52,881 nucleotides of DNA from Candidatus Aenigmatarchaeota archaeon (GCA_046760225.1 JBHIDR010000002.1:1-52881); one strand, 5' to 3'. Counted from the stretch's first letter, positions 9,383-19,494 are shown. Program-made: numbers and translations. Notes: a model not told the origin generated them from the sequence alone.

Positions 9383-10555
9383 TTATTCCTTTACCATTGA
9401 TTCCTCTACTTTGGAGAAGAATGCCATTGCTATGAGGACTGCACCAAGTATCATCAGCGTGTAGCTGAAGTTCCAGTCAGTCAGCATGCCTATGAAGGGA
9501 TAGATTGCTGCAATTATGAATCTCCGGAGCATTGATACTGTTGACAGCACTGTTGCCCGTTTTGGCGTGGGTATATACCTGTTCATGTGGTGACCGAAAA
9601 TCGGCTCCCTGATTGCCTTGAATCCCATTATCAGCAGGGGTGCTACAATCACTACCGGCAAAAAGTTTGTGAGCCCTGCTGCAACAAAGCACAGGCCAGG
9701 AACAATTGTTGAAACGAAGATTAACTTCCTTGTTCCAAAGAACTTTTCAATCTGGTCAATGTAATGCAGTAGCGCTATTGCAACTATGTTCATCCCAACT
9801 GTCATGAAACCGAAATAGAAGATACCCACGCCTGCGTTTGTTAGCATTGGCTGGTAGAACCAGAATATGAAATGCGTTATTGCTGCCACGAGCGCCATGT
9901 CAAATGCAAGTATCTTGAGCGTGCCGTGCTTTGTGAAGTATTTTATGCCCTCCTTCATTATTTTCCAGTACCTCGTGGTTTCAATCTTCCTTCTTGTCAA
10001 TGGCTCTGCAAGTGTGAGCGCTATGAGCCCTGCAACAGTCAAGGGCAAAGCAGAGAGAAGAACAGGCATCCTGAGTGTTGTTGCAGCAGCTATCATGCTT
10101 CCTAGCGGGGCCCCTAATATTATTCCTATGGAGCCCGCCTGCTGGTAGCGCGCAAAAACCTTTTTCGCTATCTTCTGCTTCCTTATCTTCTTCAGCGTAT
10201 CGTATAGTAGTGCCTGGTCTGCGCCTGAAAGCAGTGCAAAGGCAGTTGCCCAGAGGAACTCGGCAAACATGAACACGAAAAAATTCGTTGTGTTGGCATA
10301 AATCAGGGCAGCTGCTGCATTAACAAATGCTGCCAGTGCTATTGAGGCCTTCCTGCCATACCTGTCTGCTATTGTTCCTGTTGGTATTTCCAAAAAGAAT
10401 ATGGATGCCATGAACCATGCCTGCAGCAGGAATATCTGGGTGAAGTTGAAGCCTATCCATTCTGTGAAGAAGGGTATGATTATGGCTGCGAAAAGGTGCA
10501 TCATCAGGAACAAGTTTATTGCATACATCTTCCACAGGTTTGCCTTGTAGCCCAT
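9383..10555 (-). CDS. MFS transporter
   Basis: about 12 TM helices; EIPTGTIADRYGRK motif A; SGADQALLYD. Confidence 0.9.
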   Translation of the reverse strand: MGYKANLWKMYAINLFLMMHLFAAIIIPFFTEWIGFNFTQIFLLQAWFMASIFFLEIPTGTIADRYGRKASIALAAFVNAAAALIYANTTNFFVFMFAEFLWATAFALLSGADQALLYDTLKKIRKQKIAKKVFARYQQAGSIGIILGAPLGSMIAAATTLRMPVLLSALPLTVAGLIALTLAEPLTRRKIETTRYWKIMKEGIKYFTKHGTLKILAFDMALVAAITHFIFWFYQPMLTNAGVGIFYFGFMTVGMNIVAIALLHYIDQIEKFFGTRKLIFVSTIVPGLCFVAAGLTNFLPVVIVAPLLIMGFKAIREPIFGHHMNRYIPTPKRATVLSTVSMLRRFIIAAIYPFIGMLTDWNFSYTLMILGAVLIAMAFFSKVEESMVKE

Positions 10556-10594
10556 GATATCACTTTATATTGCGAATAAACTAGAATAAATATT

Positions 10595-10927
10595 ATGCGA
10601 AAAATTGCTCTTTTACTTGTGCTGGTTGTACTTGCATCAGGATGCATTGGACAGGCTGCTGACACAGAAAGGGTCCTTACAGAGGCTGACGACGTGAAGA
10701 TACATGCGTGCAGGGACCTGTGCGAAGATGCAAAAGCAAAGGGGACTGACCTGAGCAACGGGCCTTGCCTGTCGAATGATTTGGGTGACGGCTGGGTCTG
10801 TGATGTTGCTCACTGGCCAAGGCAGGCTGTTGATAATGATCCTGCGAACCAGTGTCCTGCATATGGGATAACAGCAAGCCATTTTGTTGAATTTGATGAG
10901 AACTGCGAGTTCATAAGAGCTTCTTGA
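10595..10927 (+). CDS. Cys-rich lipoprotein
   Basis: LASGC lipobox; GPCLS, WVCDVAH, HFVEFDENC. Confidence 0.75.
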   Translation: MRKIALLLVLVVLASGCIGQAADTERVLTEADDVKIHACRDLCEDAKAKGTDLSNGPCLSNDLGDGWVCDVAHWPRQAVDNDPANQCPAYGITASHFVEFDENCEFIRAS

Positions 10928-11462
10928 TTTTTTCTAGAAGAAAGGGGAACTCTGTATAGCCGGCTGCCTTGTTGAAATGGCCTGCATCCTTGACCATTAT
11001 GGGTTCTACTCCGAGGTTTCTTGCAAGCTCGTTTGTCTTTTCCAAGGGAACATATGGGTCATTGTCTGAACCAATAACAAAAATATTTTTGCAGTTGTTT
11101 TTTATTGCATCCCAGTCAAATGGATCCTTGAAAAATGAGGAGTTTATTTCATCGACTTCCTCGCTGTCCAGTGCTCCCAAGAATCCTGCAACCAGAAATG
11201 CAGCCCTGAGCTTTTGCTTTTCAAGAATCCTCAATATTAGCGCAGGACCAATGCTGTGCCCTATCATTACTGTGTTCTCATCAATCGGATGTTTATTCAT
11301 TACTTTCATCCAGTTCTCCAAAGACTGTCCTTCAGGTGTCGGGAACCTTGGTACAAGAACTTCATGCCCTAGCCCTTCCAGTTCCTTCTTCAGCCAGGGG
11401 AACCAGTTCTCTTCAGGATGTCCATAAGCACCATGGATTATTATGAACATCATTTTACTCAT
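10911..11462 (-). CDS. RBBP9/YdeN-family alpha/beta hydrolase
   Basis: IIHG..NWFPWL, GHSIG, SDNDPYVP, AGHFN. Confidence 0.9.
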   Translation of the reverse strand: MSKMMFIIIHGAYGHPEENWFPWLKKELEGLGHEVLVPRFPTPEGQSLENWMKVMNKHPIDENTVMIGHSIGPALILRILEKQKLRAAFLVAGFLGALDSEEVDEINSSFFKDPFDWDAIKNNCKNIFVIGSDNDPYVPLEKTNELARNLGVEPIMVKDAGHFNKAAGYTEFPFLLEKIKKLL

Positions 11463-12651
11463 ACCTCAGTGCATCAACAGGATTCATTCCTGCTGCTCTT
11501 CTTGCAGGAAGAACTCCTGATGCAACCCCTATAAGGAACGAGAAGCCAAGGCCAAAGGCAATGAGCTCTGGCGTTATTGAAGCCTTCAATATTCCATAGC
11601 CTGCTTCTGCTGCAATCACTTCAATTCCTAAGCTAAGGGAAAGGCCAAGTATGACCCCTATTATGCCACCGACCAGGCCCAGAATACCGGACTCAAAGAC
11701 GAATATGAACATGATGTCACTGTTGGTGGCCCCGACTGCCTTCATCACGCCTATCTCCTTTGTCCTTTCCATTACAGATGTGTACATTGTGTTCATTATT
11801 CCCACGCCACCCACAAGGAGTGCTATTGAGGCTATACCAACAAAAACCAGCTGGACTATGCCTAATACGTTGCTTACGCTTTCAGATATCTGTGTTGTTG
11901 TAAGGACAGAAAAATCATCCTGGCCCCTGACGTCCTCAAGCTCTTCAGCTATTTCATCAGCAACCTTGTCCACATCGGCTCCGCTCTTCACATTCAGGCT
12001 TATAAATGATACCTCATCAGGCTCATCAAAGACCTCCCTTGCCGTATCCATATGTATCCAAAGGCTATTGTCATCCTGCGGATTCCCAACTTCACTTAGG
12101 AATCCCCTTACCTTGAAGGTCTTGCCTGCTATCTCTATCCTGTCGCCTATGTTTACATTGTTCTCAAAGAGCTCGTCCTGGACAGAGGTGCCTGCAACAA
12201 GCCCGTAAGTATCTGATTCAGAAGGGAGCCTTCCCTTCTCTATGTGCAGTCCCTGGATATCAAAGAATACTTCTTCAACCTGCTTTGCTGGTGTGCCGGT
12301 GACCCATGTATACTTGCTTTCGCCGCGGTACTTCACTTCCTGCATGCGGAAAATCATTGGCACAACAGTATCCACACCCCTGACACCCTTGATGACATCA
12401 ACATCATCTTCAGTGAAGTCTGCTGCTCCGAAGCCAGGAGGTCCTGCACCGAACTTGCCTGGCATGATGGTTATGGTATCTGTGCCAAGAAGCTCGAACT
12501 GCTGGGCTATTGCCTCGTTCATTCCCTGGCTTATTGATATGAGCCCTATGACAGCTGCTATTCCTATGAATATGCCCAGTATGGTAAGCCAGCTTCTCAA
12601 TCTCCTGTACCTAAGCGTCCTCAATGAAAAGGAAAAGTAATCAGATATCAT
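11455..12651 (-). CDS. MacB/FtsX-family ABC transporter permease
   Basis: RSWLTILGIFIGI, GIMNTMYTSVMERTKEIGVMKAVGA, NPVDALRYE. Confidence 0.92.
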   Translation of the reverse strand: MISDYFSFSLRTLRYRRLRSWLTILGIFIGIAAVIGLISISQGMNEAIAQQFELLGTDTITIMPGKFGAGPPGFGAADFTEDDVDVIKGVRGVDTVVPMIFRMQEVKYRGESKYTWVTGTPAKQVEEVFFDIQGLHIEKGRLPSESDTYGLVAGTSVQDELFENNVNIGDRIEIAGKTFKVRGFLSEVGNPQDDNSLWIHMDTAREVFDEPDEVSFISLNVKSGADVDKVADEIAEELEDVRGQDDFSVLTTTQISESVSNVLGIVQLVFVGIASIALLVGGVGIMNTMYTSVMERTKEIGVMKAVGATNSDIMFIFVFESGILGLVGGIIGVILGLSLSLGIEVIAAEAGYGILKASITPELIAFGLGFSFLIGVASGVLPARRAAGMNPVDALRYE

Positions 12652-13511
12652 CTCCTCAACCTCCTGTTGGCGGCCCATAGGTATTTCTTTGCAAGCACAT
12701 GGTCATGCAGAAGCTTGCCGTCCATTATGTTCATCATCCTCTGCGCATGGCCTGCTATGTAAGGGTCATGGGTCACTATGACTATTGTCTTTTTGTCTCC
12801 TCTATGGAGCTTCAGGAGAAGGTTCATTATCTGCCTGCCTGTTGCTGAATCAATGTTTCCTGTTGGCTCATCAGCAAGTATTATGTCAGGGTCGTTTGCA
12901 AGTGACCTTGCAATTGCAACCCTCTGCTGCTCACCGCCTGACATCTCAGTCGGCCTGTGTTTGGCCCTTTTTGCTATGCCAACAGAGGCAAGCAGTTTCC
13001 TTGCCCTTTGCCTTCTTTCCCTTTCCTTCACTCCCTGGAAGATCATTGGAAGCATGACATTGTCAAGCGCCGTGAGATTGGGCATGAGGTTGAACTGCTG
13101 AAACACAAAACCTATTTTTTTACCTCTCAGTTTTGCCAAGGTATTTTCAGGCAGAGCTGATATGTCCTTTCCTTCAAGGAATACTTTGCCCCTTGTGGGG
13201 ACATCCAGGGCACCTACGAGATGCATTAACGTACTTTTTCCTGATCCGCTGGGGCCCATTATTGCAATGAACTCATTCTTGAAAATGGTCATGCTGAGGC
13301 CCTGCAGTGCGTTCACCCTTGCCCTGCCCATTGTGTATGTCTTCCAGACTGAATCGAGCCTTATGATGGGCTCCTCTACGAGGAACTTTTCAGGATTCTT
13401 CAGGAATGACTTCCTGCAATCAGGACTGCAGAAGTAATGTTTCTTTCCCCTATACTTGTAAGGAAACTTTCTTGTGCTTACCTCCATTCCGCATACAGGA
13501 TCGAACGGCAT
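12648..13511 (-). CDS. LolD/MacB-type ABC ATPase with N-terminal YHS domain
   Basis: DPVCGM..YFCSPDC YHS/TRASH; GPSGSGKST, MSGGEQQR, ADEPTGN. Confidence 0.92.
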   Translation of the reverse strand: MPFDPVCGMEVSTRKFPYKYRGKKHYFCSPDCRKSFLKNPEKFLVEEPIIRLDSVWKTYTMGRARVNALQGLSMTIFKNEFIAIMGPSGSGKSTLMHLVGALDVPTRGKVFLEGKDISALPENTLAKLRGKKIGFVFQQFNLMPNLTALDNVMLPMIFQGVKERERRQRARKLLASVGIAKRAKHRPTEMSGGEQQRVAIARSLANDPDIILADEPTGNIDSATGRQIMNLLLKLHRGDKKTIVIVTHDPYIAGHAQRMMNIMDGKLLHDHVLAKKYLWAANRRLRR

Positions 13512-13515
13512 TCAA

Positions 13516-14643
13516 TCACTTTTTGGATTTCCACCACCATATGCCTCCTGCTATTACTACCAAAAGAATTATCCATGCCCAGGGCAGTTCAATCGGAGCT
13601 GCAGTCGGGGTGACAGACACTGTCCTTGTAACAGTGAAGGGATTGTTGTAGCTGTCCCTGTAGCTGAGCTCAATTGTTATGTCATAGATCCCTGTTGCGG
13701 CTTTGAGGTCCTGCTCTATGTCAACTGTCTCAGTATCATCAGGCTCCAGCTTACCTATGTATATTTCCTTTGAGCCGTAGTCAGATGTTACCTTGGCTGT
13801 AAGGAACTCAGCAGAGCCGGTGCCGCTGTTCGATATTGATATCGTTGCTATGCCTTTCCTTCCGAAGTAGAAATCACGGGTCTCATCAAGCGTCACAACG
13901 AACTCGGCCTGGCCTGAAATCGGAAGGCCTATGTTCTTTGTCTCGTTGTAGCTTGTTGTCTTTGCCTCGTCATAATAAATCAGCTTCACAGGGATAAGCT
14001 GTGTGCCCACTGATGCTGCAGGGTCTATTGTTATCTCAAATGAGAAGGGCTCCCTACCCTTTGCTCGAATAGTGGTCACAAAGCTCTCTGAAGAGCCAGA
14101 GACCGTGAACAGGCCGCTGCTCTGGGTAAGTGAAACTGAAACATCCTTTGCAGGGCCATTACCATTGTTAACAAGGTCAAAGTTCAGGATGACTGATGAA
14201 CCGGGTGTTGGTGGTGATGAGAAATTCACATTTGAGACCTGCAAGAGGGGAGGGCTCCTGATTGCTATTGGGACGTTTATCCTTGTCTCCTTTGTTGCAG
14301 AGTTCACGCCATAGCTGGCCAAAACAGAGATATAGGACTGCTGTGACTTGGCTGTAGATGAAGCAGTAACAACAACAGAGGCCTGCTGGGAAGAGCCTGC
14401 ACCAAGTGTTCCTATCTGCACACTGGATGTGGAAACAGAAAGATCAGGGCCAGCTGTGATTGTGACCCTGAGATTTGTCACATCAGTTGTTGTGCTCGGG
14501 TTTGTGAAGGTAAGGATCACTGTTGTCTGGCTGCCTGGCCTGACATAATCCTCCATAACCTGATAGGTTATTGTGAGCGATGCTGCAACAACAGGCACTG
14601 CAAAGAGCGAAAATATGGTGAGTAGCAAAAACAACCTTTTCAT
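13516..14643 (-). CDS. COG1361-type S-layer / Ig-like exported protein
   Basis: signal peptide, repeated NxGxGxA beta-sandwich motifs, C-terminal TM; typical partner of MacB-type ABC genes. Confidence 0.8.
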   Translation of the reverse strand: MKRLFLLLTIFSLFAVPVVAASLTITYQVMEDYVRPGSQTTVILTFTNPSTTTDVTNLRVTITAGPDLSVSTSSVQIGTLGAGSSQQASVVVTASSTAKSQQSYISVLASYGVNSATKETRINVPIAIRSPPLLQVSNVNFSSPPTPGSSVILNFDLVNNGNGPAKDVSVSLTQSSGLFTVSGSSESFVTTIRAKGREPFSFEITIDPAASVGTQLIPVKLIYYDEAKTTSYNETKNIGLPISGQAEFVVTLDETRDFYFGRKGIATISISNSGTGSAEFLTAKVTSDYGSKEIYIGKLEPDDTETVDIEQDLKAATGIYDITIELSYRDSYNNPFTVTRTVSVTPTAAPIELPWAWIILLVVIAGGIWWWKSKK

Positions 14644-14718
14644 GAAATTACCTTGATTTGTATTATTTTTTGGATATTAAAAATTTAAGCTTTTAAACTC
14701 TTCCTGCGATTTAGTGTT

Positions 14719-15447
14719 ATGGGACTTAAGCCAGACAAGAAAATAAGGTGGTCAGACCTCAGAAAGACCTGGGGAGGGGTATTTGACAACCAGACAATAC
14801 TTGCCATCTACAAGCTGATGAACAGGGGGGACATAAAGGAGGTTGTGGGTGTTGTCAAGGAAGGAAAGGAGTCCAAGGTCCTTGCAGCAAGAGGAAGAAA
14901 GGGCACAGTGGCAATCAAGGTCTATGCAATTGAGGCTGCAAACTTCAAGAGGATGCTGCCCTACCTTATTGGTGACCCAAGGTTCGGGAGGATCAAGAAG
15001 GACAAGAGGAGCATTATTTTTGCATGGGCCAAGAAGGAGTTCAAGAACCTTGAAAGGGCCAGGAAAGCCGGAGTGCACTGCCCAAGGCCCATTGCATTTG
15101 AGAAGAACGTGCTGGTGCTGGAGTTCATAGGTGATGATTTCAAGCCTGCGCAAAGGCTGAGCCATACAAGGCCGAAGGATCCTGAAAAGGTATTTAAAGT
15201 TGTAATTGGTGATATGAAGAGGATGTGGGTGAAGGCAGGAATAGTGCATGGTGACCTTTCAGAATTCAATATACTGCTGCACAAGGAAAGGCCATGGATA
15301 ATAGACTTTTCACAGTCAGTTGTGAAGGACCATCCCCATGCGCTAGGGTTTTTGAAAAGGGACATAAATAATGTGTGCATATATTTCAGGAAGCTCGGGG
15401 TGGAATGTGAAGATGAGGAAATATACGAAAAACTTTTAAAAAGGTGA
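14719..15447 (+). CDS. rio1: RIO1-family serine kinase
   Basis: GKESKV, AIKVY, WAKKEFKNL, VHGDLSEFNIL, IDFSQSV. Confidence 0.93.
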   Translation: MGLKPDKKIRWSDLRKTWGGVFDNQTILAIYKLMNRGDIKEVVGVVKEGKESKVLAARGRKGTVAIKVYAIEAANFKRMLPYLIGDPRFGRIKKDKRSIIFAWAKKEFKNLERARKAGVHCPRPIAFEKNVLVLEFIGDDFKPAQRLSHTRPKDPEKVFKVVIGDMKRMWVKAGIVHGDLSEFNILLHKERPWIIDFSQSVVKDHPHALGFLKRDINNVCIYFRKLGVECEDEEIYEKLLKR

Positions 15448-15926
15448 AGCACATTAAAGAGATTGTACTTGTTCCGTCAGAAAGAATAAGGATAGTGAAG
15501 TCAGCAAGGAGGGAGATCGAGGAAAGTCTGGATGTCAAACTGGATTTTGTTGACAACTCTGTTGAGGTTGATGGTGAAGGTCTTAAGCTTCTCCAGGCAA
15601 AGAACACTGTGAAGGCAATAGGAAGGGGCTTCTCGCCTGAAAGGGCATTCAGGCTGTTTGATGAGGAGCAGACACTGGAAGTGATTGACATAGGAAGGAA
15701 CGAGAGGATAAAGGCAAGGATAATAGGGACCAGTGGCAGGACAAGGGAAGAGATAGAAAGATGTACAGGGGCTGCTGTCTCGGTCTATGGAAAGACAGTA
15801 TCGATCATCGGGGACTGGGACCAGCTGAAAAATGCAAAAGAAGCAATAGAAATGCTTATAAGCGGTGCAAGGCATACAACAGTTTACAGGCACCTGGAAA
15901 AAATAAAAAGGGGGAAGGTGATCTGA
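15444..15926 (+). CDS. KH-domain rRNA-processing protein (Dim2/Pno1-like)
   Basis: KAIGRGFSPERA, ARIIGTSG, GARHTTVY; conserved position after rio1. Confidence 0.9.
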   Translation: MKHIKEIVLVPSERIRIVKSARREIEESLDVKLDFVDNSVEVDGEGLKLLQAKNTVKAIGRGFSPERAFRLFDEEQTLEVIDIGRNERIKARIIGTSGRTREEIERCTGAAVSVYGKTVSIIGDWDQLKNAKEAIEMLISGARHTTVYRHLEKIKRGKVI

Positions 15927-16231
15927 TGCAGGAGAAAGTAAAAAGGTTTGTTGAAGAAAACAAACTGCAGATGTCACCAGAGCATGCTGCACTTGACCTC
16001 ATATCAGAACTTGGAGAGGTTGCAAAGGAGATATTGAAGGCAACAGATTATGGAAGACATCCACCCAAGAAGAGAGAAGAAATAAAATCAGAACTTGGAG
16101 ACGCATTATATTCATTAATAAACCTTGCAAACACCTTGAATGTAGATATTGAGGAAGCGCTTGAACTTGCAATGGAGAAATACAAGAAAAGAATACAGAA
16201 AGGTTCAACACCAGACTCGAGGAATGAATAA
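15926..16231 (+). CDS. MazG-like nucleotide pyrophosphohydrolase
   Basis: DLISELGEVAKE, SELGDALYSLINLAN; ATG overlaps the KH gene stop. Confidence 0.85.
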   Translation: MQEKVKRFVEENKLQMSPEHAALDLISELGEVAKEILKATDYGRHPPKKREEIKSELGDALYSLINLANTLNVDIEEALELAMEKYKKRIQKGSTPDSRNE

Positions 16232-16232
16232 A

Positions 16233-16436
16233 ATGGCGAAAAGAATAGCAGCAAAGACAGCAGAGATAATGGTAGCGGAGCAAAGATTAACTTATAAAAA
16301 TGACGAGCTAGTTCAAGAAAATGTGATAACCATTAAAAAATCGACATATCAAAAACAAAGAAATACATATTATTTTAATTCCGATATACTATCGGAACTT
16401 TTTAAATTTTTATTCGAGTATAAAAAACCATGGTGA
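16233..16436 (+). CDS. small AT-rich hypothetical protein
   Basis: 67-aa ORF filling the gap between the MazG-like gene and top6B. Confidence 0.5.
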   Translation: MAKRIAAKTAEIMVAEQRLTYKNDELVQENVITIKKSTYQKQRNTYYFNSDILSELFKFLFEYKKPW

Positions 16437-16451
16437 GGTGATTAGGAAAAA

Positions 16452-18332
16452 ATGACAAAGAAAAGAGAAACGTTCAGGACAGCAGAAGAACTAGCACTCG
16501 AGCAAAGAGCAATCTCTGTGGCTGAATTTTTCGAAATCCTTTGATTGAAAAATCAGGGACGAATTAAGAATCGCCACCTGCTCGGCTTTGACAACCCTGC
16601 AAAGGCTTTGCTCACTGTTGTGCGTGAGGCTGTTGACAATTCGTTGGATGCCTGTGAGGATGCAAGGATACTTCCTGAGATAAAGATAACAGTGCAGGAG
16701 CCAAGGGAAATATACTCTATAATGGATGAAGAAGGCGACATCATAGGCGAGTTCATTGTTGAAGGAAAGAAAGTAAAGTTCATATCAGAAGGCTCGACCC
16801 TGCCTCTGGAGAAAAAGGAAGAAAAACGAAAGGGCAATGTCTATGTGTTTGAAAAGGAAGGAAAGAAGATAAAGGTAAAGGAAATCCTGACTGGTGATGA
16901 AAGGCTGATAGAGGTTTCAAGGGGAAAGACAAAGTACAAGGTAACAAAGGCGCCTGTTGACAGGTTCAAGATAATTATTGAGGACAATGGCCCTGGAATA
17001 GTGAAGGAGCAGATACCGAGCATATTCGGAAGGCTGCTCTATGGTTCAAAGTTCTACAAGCTCAGGCAGAGCAGGGGCCAGCAGGGTGTGGGAATATCAG
17101 CTGCTGTGCTTTATTCCCAGCTCACAACAGGCAAGCCGACCATAATCTATTCAAGGACAGGACCGAAAAAGCCTGTCAACATAATGCACCTGAGAATCAA
17201 TGTCACAAAGAACAGGCCTGAAATAATAAAGGAAGAGACAATGAAAGACGGTTTCCGGGAAAGGGGAGTAAGGATAGACATGGAAATAGAGGGCAAGTAC
17301 ATGAAGAGGTACCATTCTGTTTTCGAATATCTCAAACAGACAGCAACTGTCAACCCATTTGCGCACATCATATTCAATTCACCTGACGGCACAAAGCACG
17401 AGTTCCCAAGGACAGTGAAAGAGCTGCCCAAACTACCCAAGGACATCAAGCCACACCCGCTCGGAGTGGAAGTGGGCATGCTTGAAAGGATGTCAAGACT
17501 GACAAGGACAAGGAATGTTGTGGGTTTTCTGTCGGGTGACTTCTGCAGGGTAGGTCCCGGGACAGCAAAGAAAATTGTTAAGCGAGCAGGAATAAAGGGA
17601 TCAACAAGCCCGAAGGCACTGACACATGAACAGATCAACAAGCTATGGAGGGCAATACATGCAACTGACTTCATGAAGCCTCCTCTTGATTGTCTGAGCC
17701 CAATAGGTTCGGGTAAACTGGAAGAAGGAATGAGAAAGGAATACAGTCCTGAGTTCGTGTTTGCGGTCTCCAGACCACCTTCTGTTTACAGGGGCATGCC
17801 CTTCAAGATAGAGGCTGCAATAGCGTATGGTGGCGATGTATCAAAGGAAGGAGCTGTGAAGATTATGCGCTTTGCAAACAGGGTGCCTTTGCTTTATCAG
17901 GCAAGCTCATGCGCAATAACAAAGGCTGTGCACAAGATTGACTGGAAGCACTATGGTCTTGACATGCACGGAACCACTCCTTATGGTCCTGCTGTTATAG
18001 CAGTTCACATGGCATCTGTATGGATACCTTATACTTCCGAGTCAAAGGAAGCAATAGACCCGTATCCAATAATAAAAAAGGAAATAAGGCTTGCCCTGCA
18101 GGAATGTGGAAGAAAACTGCAGAGATTTGTTTCAGGAAGAAGGAGGGCGCAGGAAGTGCAGAAAAGAATAAGCCTTTTCGAGAAGTACATACCTGAAATT
18201 GCCTTTGCCTTGTCAAACCTTACAGGAGAGAAAAAGGAAAAAATAGTAAAAGATTTTGAAAAGATGCTGAAAAGGGGGAAGAAAGAAGATGAAGAGGTCG
18301 AAAAAGAAAAAGGAGAAGAAGCCAAAGGATAA
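16452..18332 (+). CDS. top6B: DNA topoisomerase VI subunit B, intron-containing (exons 16452-16535 and 16566-18332; 616 aa spliced)
   Basis: GAGGTG SD, ATG 16452; spliced SVAEFFE|KNRHLLGFD; EAVDNSLDA, EDNGPG, QSRGQQGVG, RFANRVPLLY. Confidence 0.93.
16536..16565 (+). other. 30-nt BHB pre-mRNA intron in top6B
   Basis: TTCG/CGAA 4-bp helix flanked by AAA and TTA 3-nt bulges; inner GAAA-capped hairpin; outer exon-exon stem including GTGGC/GCCAC; contains in-frame TGA at 16542-16544. Confidence 0.9.
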
Positions 18333-19389
18333 GGTTGTCGGTATAGGAAAGGGAATAATAAGTGATGTACGTAAAGGAATGAATCCGAAACTTGATGTTC
18401 CCATAAGGGCACTGAGCAATGTGATATTTGATGCCAAGAAAAAGCTTCTGGTTATGGGTGACAAGACATCAAGCAGGTTCTTCTTCAATGTCGCACATGT
18501 AAGGAAGTTTGTACAGACCATGGAGGTCGCAGCAACAGCAAAAGAACTTCTTGATGCAAAGAAGCACATCAGCCTGAGGCAGGCATTTTATAAAATGAGG
18601 AGGACAATACCTGGAACCAATATCGACATTGTTGATGAGCAGAAGGAATCAAATGATGCAGTGGAAGACCTTGAGCTGCTCACAGGCCTTTCCAGGGAAC
18701 AGCTTCACATCAATGCCAACAAGAACGGCGCTGCAGCAGGAAAGATTGTAATTAAGGACAAGGGAGACCTGATAAACTGGTCAAAGCTTGGAAGCGGTGG
18801 ATGGGCAATCCCGTCCAATACAGAGGACATAGAGTTCAAAAAAGTAGATGCAAAATTTATCATCTATATGGAAAAAATGGCCATGTGGGAAAGGCTGCAT
18901 GAAGACAGGGTATGGGACAAGATGAACTGTGTGATAATCGCTTCACAGGGACAGGCAACCAGAGGCATCCGCAGGCTGCTGCAGAGGATGAACAAGGAGC
19001 TAAAGCTTCCTGTTTATGTGTTAGTCGACAATGATAGTTGGGGGGTATATATTTATTCTGTTTTGAAATTCGGTTCAATCTCTCTTGCATATGCTTCTGA
19101 TAAACTAGCAATACCAAGTGCAAAGTTAATTGGTCTTACTTGTGATGATATTATAAAATACAATCTTAAAAAACATATAATTAAGTTCAAAGATGTCGAT
19201 AAAAAAAGATTGGAACAAATAGGAAAATATGACTGGTTTAAAGACAATAAAGCATGGCAAAGACAGTTTAAGATGATGAAACAACAAGGCGGAAAGGTAG
19301 AATTGGATGCCCTTGTTGCAAAGGGAGTTAGTTTTATATCAGATGTTTACCTTCCAGAAAAAATAAAGAAGAGAGATTTTTTGGATTAG
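18289..19389 (+). CDS. top6A: DNA topoisomerase VI subunit A
   Basis: SLRQAFY catalytic Tyr, AVEDLE, MEK, QGQATR, DNDSWG TOPRIM, VELDAL. Confidence 0.95.
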   Translation: MKRSKKKKEKKPKDKVVGIGKGIISDVRKGMNPKLDVPIRALSNVIFDAKKKLLVMGDKTSSRFFFNVAHVRKFVQTMEVAATAKELLDAKKHISLRQAFYKMRRTIPGTNIDIVDEQKESNDAVEDLELLTGLSREQLHINANKNGAAAGKIVIKDKGDLINWSKLGSGGWAIPSNTEDIEFKKVDAKFIIYMEKMAMWERLHEDRVWDKMNCVIIASQGQATRGIRRLLQRMNKELKLPVYVLVDNDSWGVYIYSVLKFGSISLAYASDKLAIPSAKLIGLTCDDIIKYNLKKHIIKFKDVDKKRLEQIGKYDWFKDNKAWQRQFKMMKQQGGKVELDALVAKGVSFISDVYLPEKIKKRDFLD

Positions 19390-19494
19390 AATTTTCTGAT
19401 TTCGCTTGTTCCACCTCGCAAATGAATTCGGAACCTGAACCCCAATCCTAGCAGAGGGTTCAGAACCCTCACAAATCCAAGCGAGGTGATAAAT

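Noticed and set aside
16542..16544. TGA read-through or selenocysteine in top6B
   Set aside because: Read-through would insert 10 aa into a conserved motif; BHB splicing explains the sequence exactly, and TGA is a normal stop in many genes here
16545..16565. TTG start of top6B given by the ORF track
   Set aside because: It lies inside the intron and would drop the conserved SVAEFF N-terminus; SD and ATG at 16452 fit better
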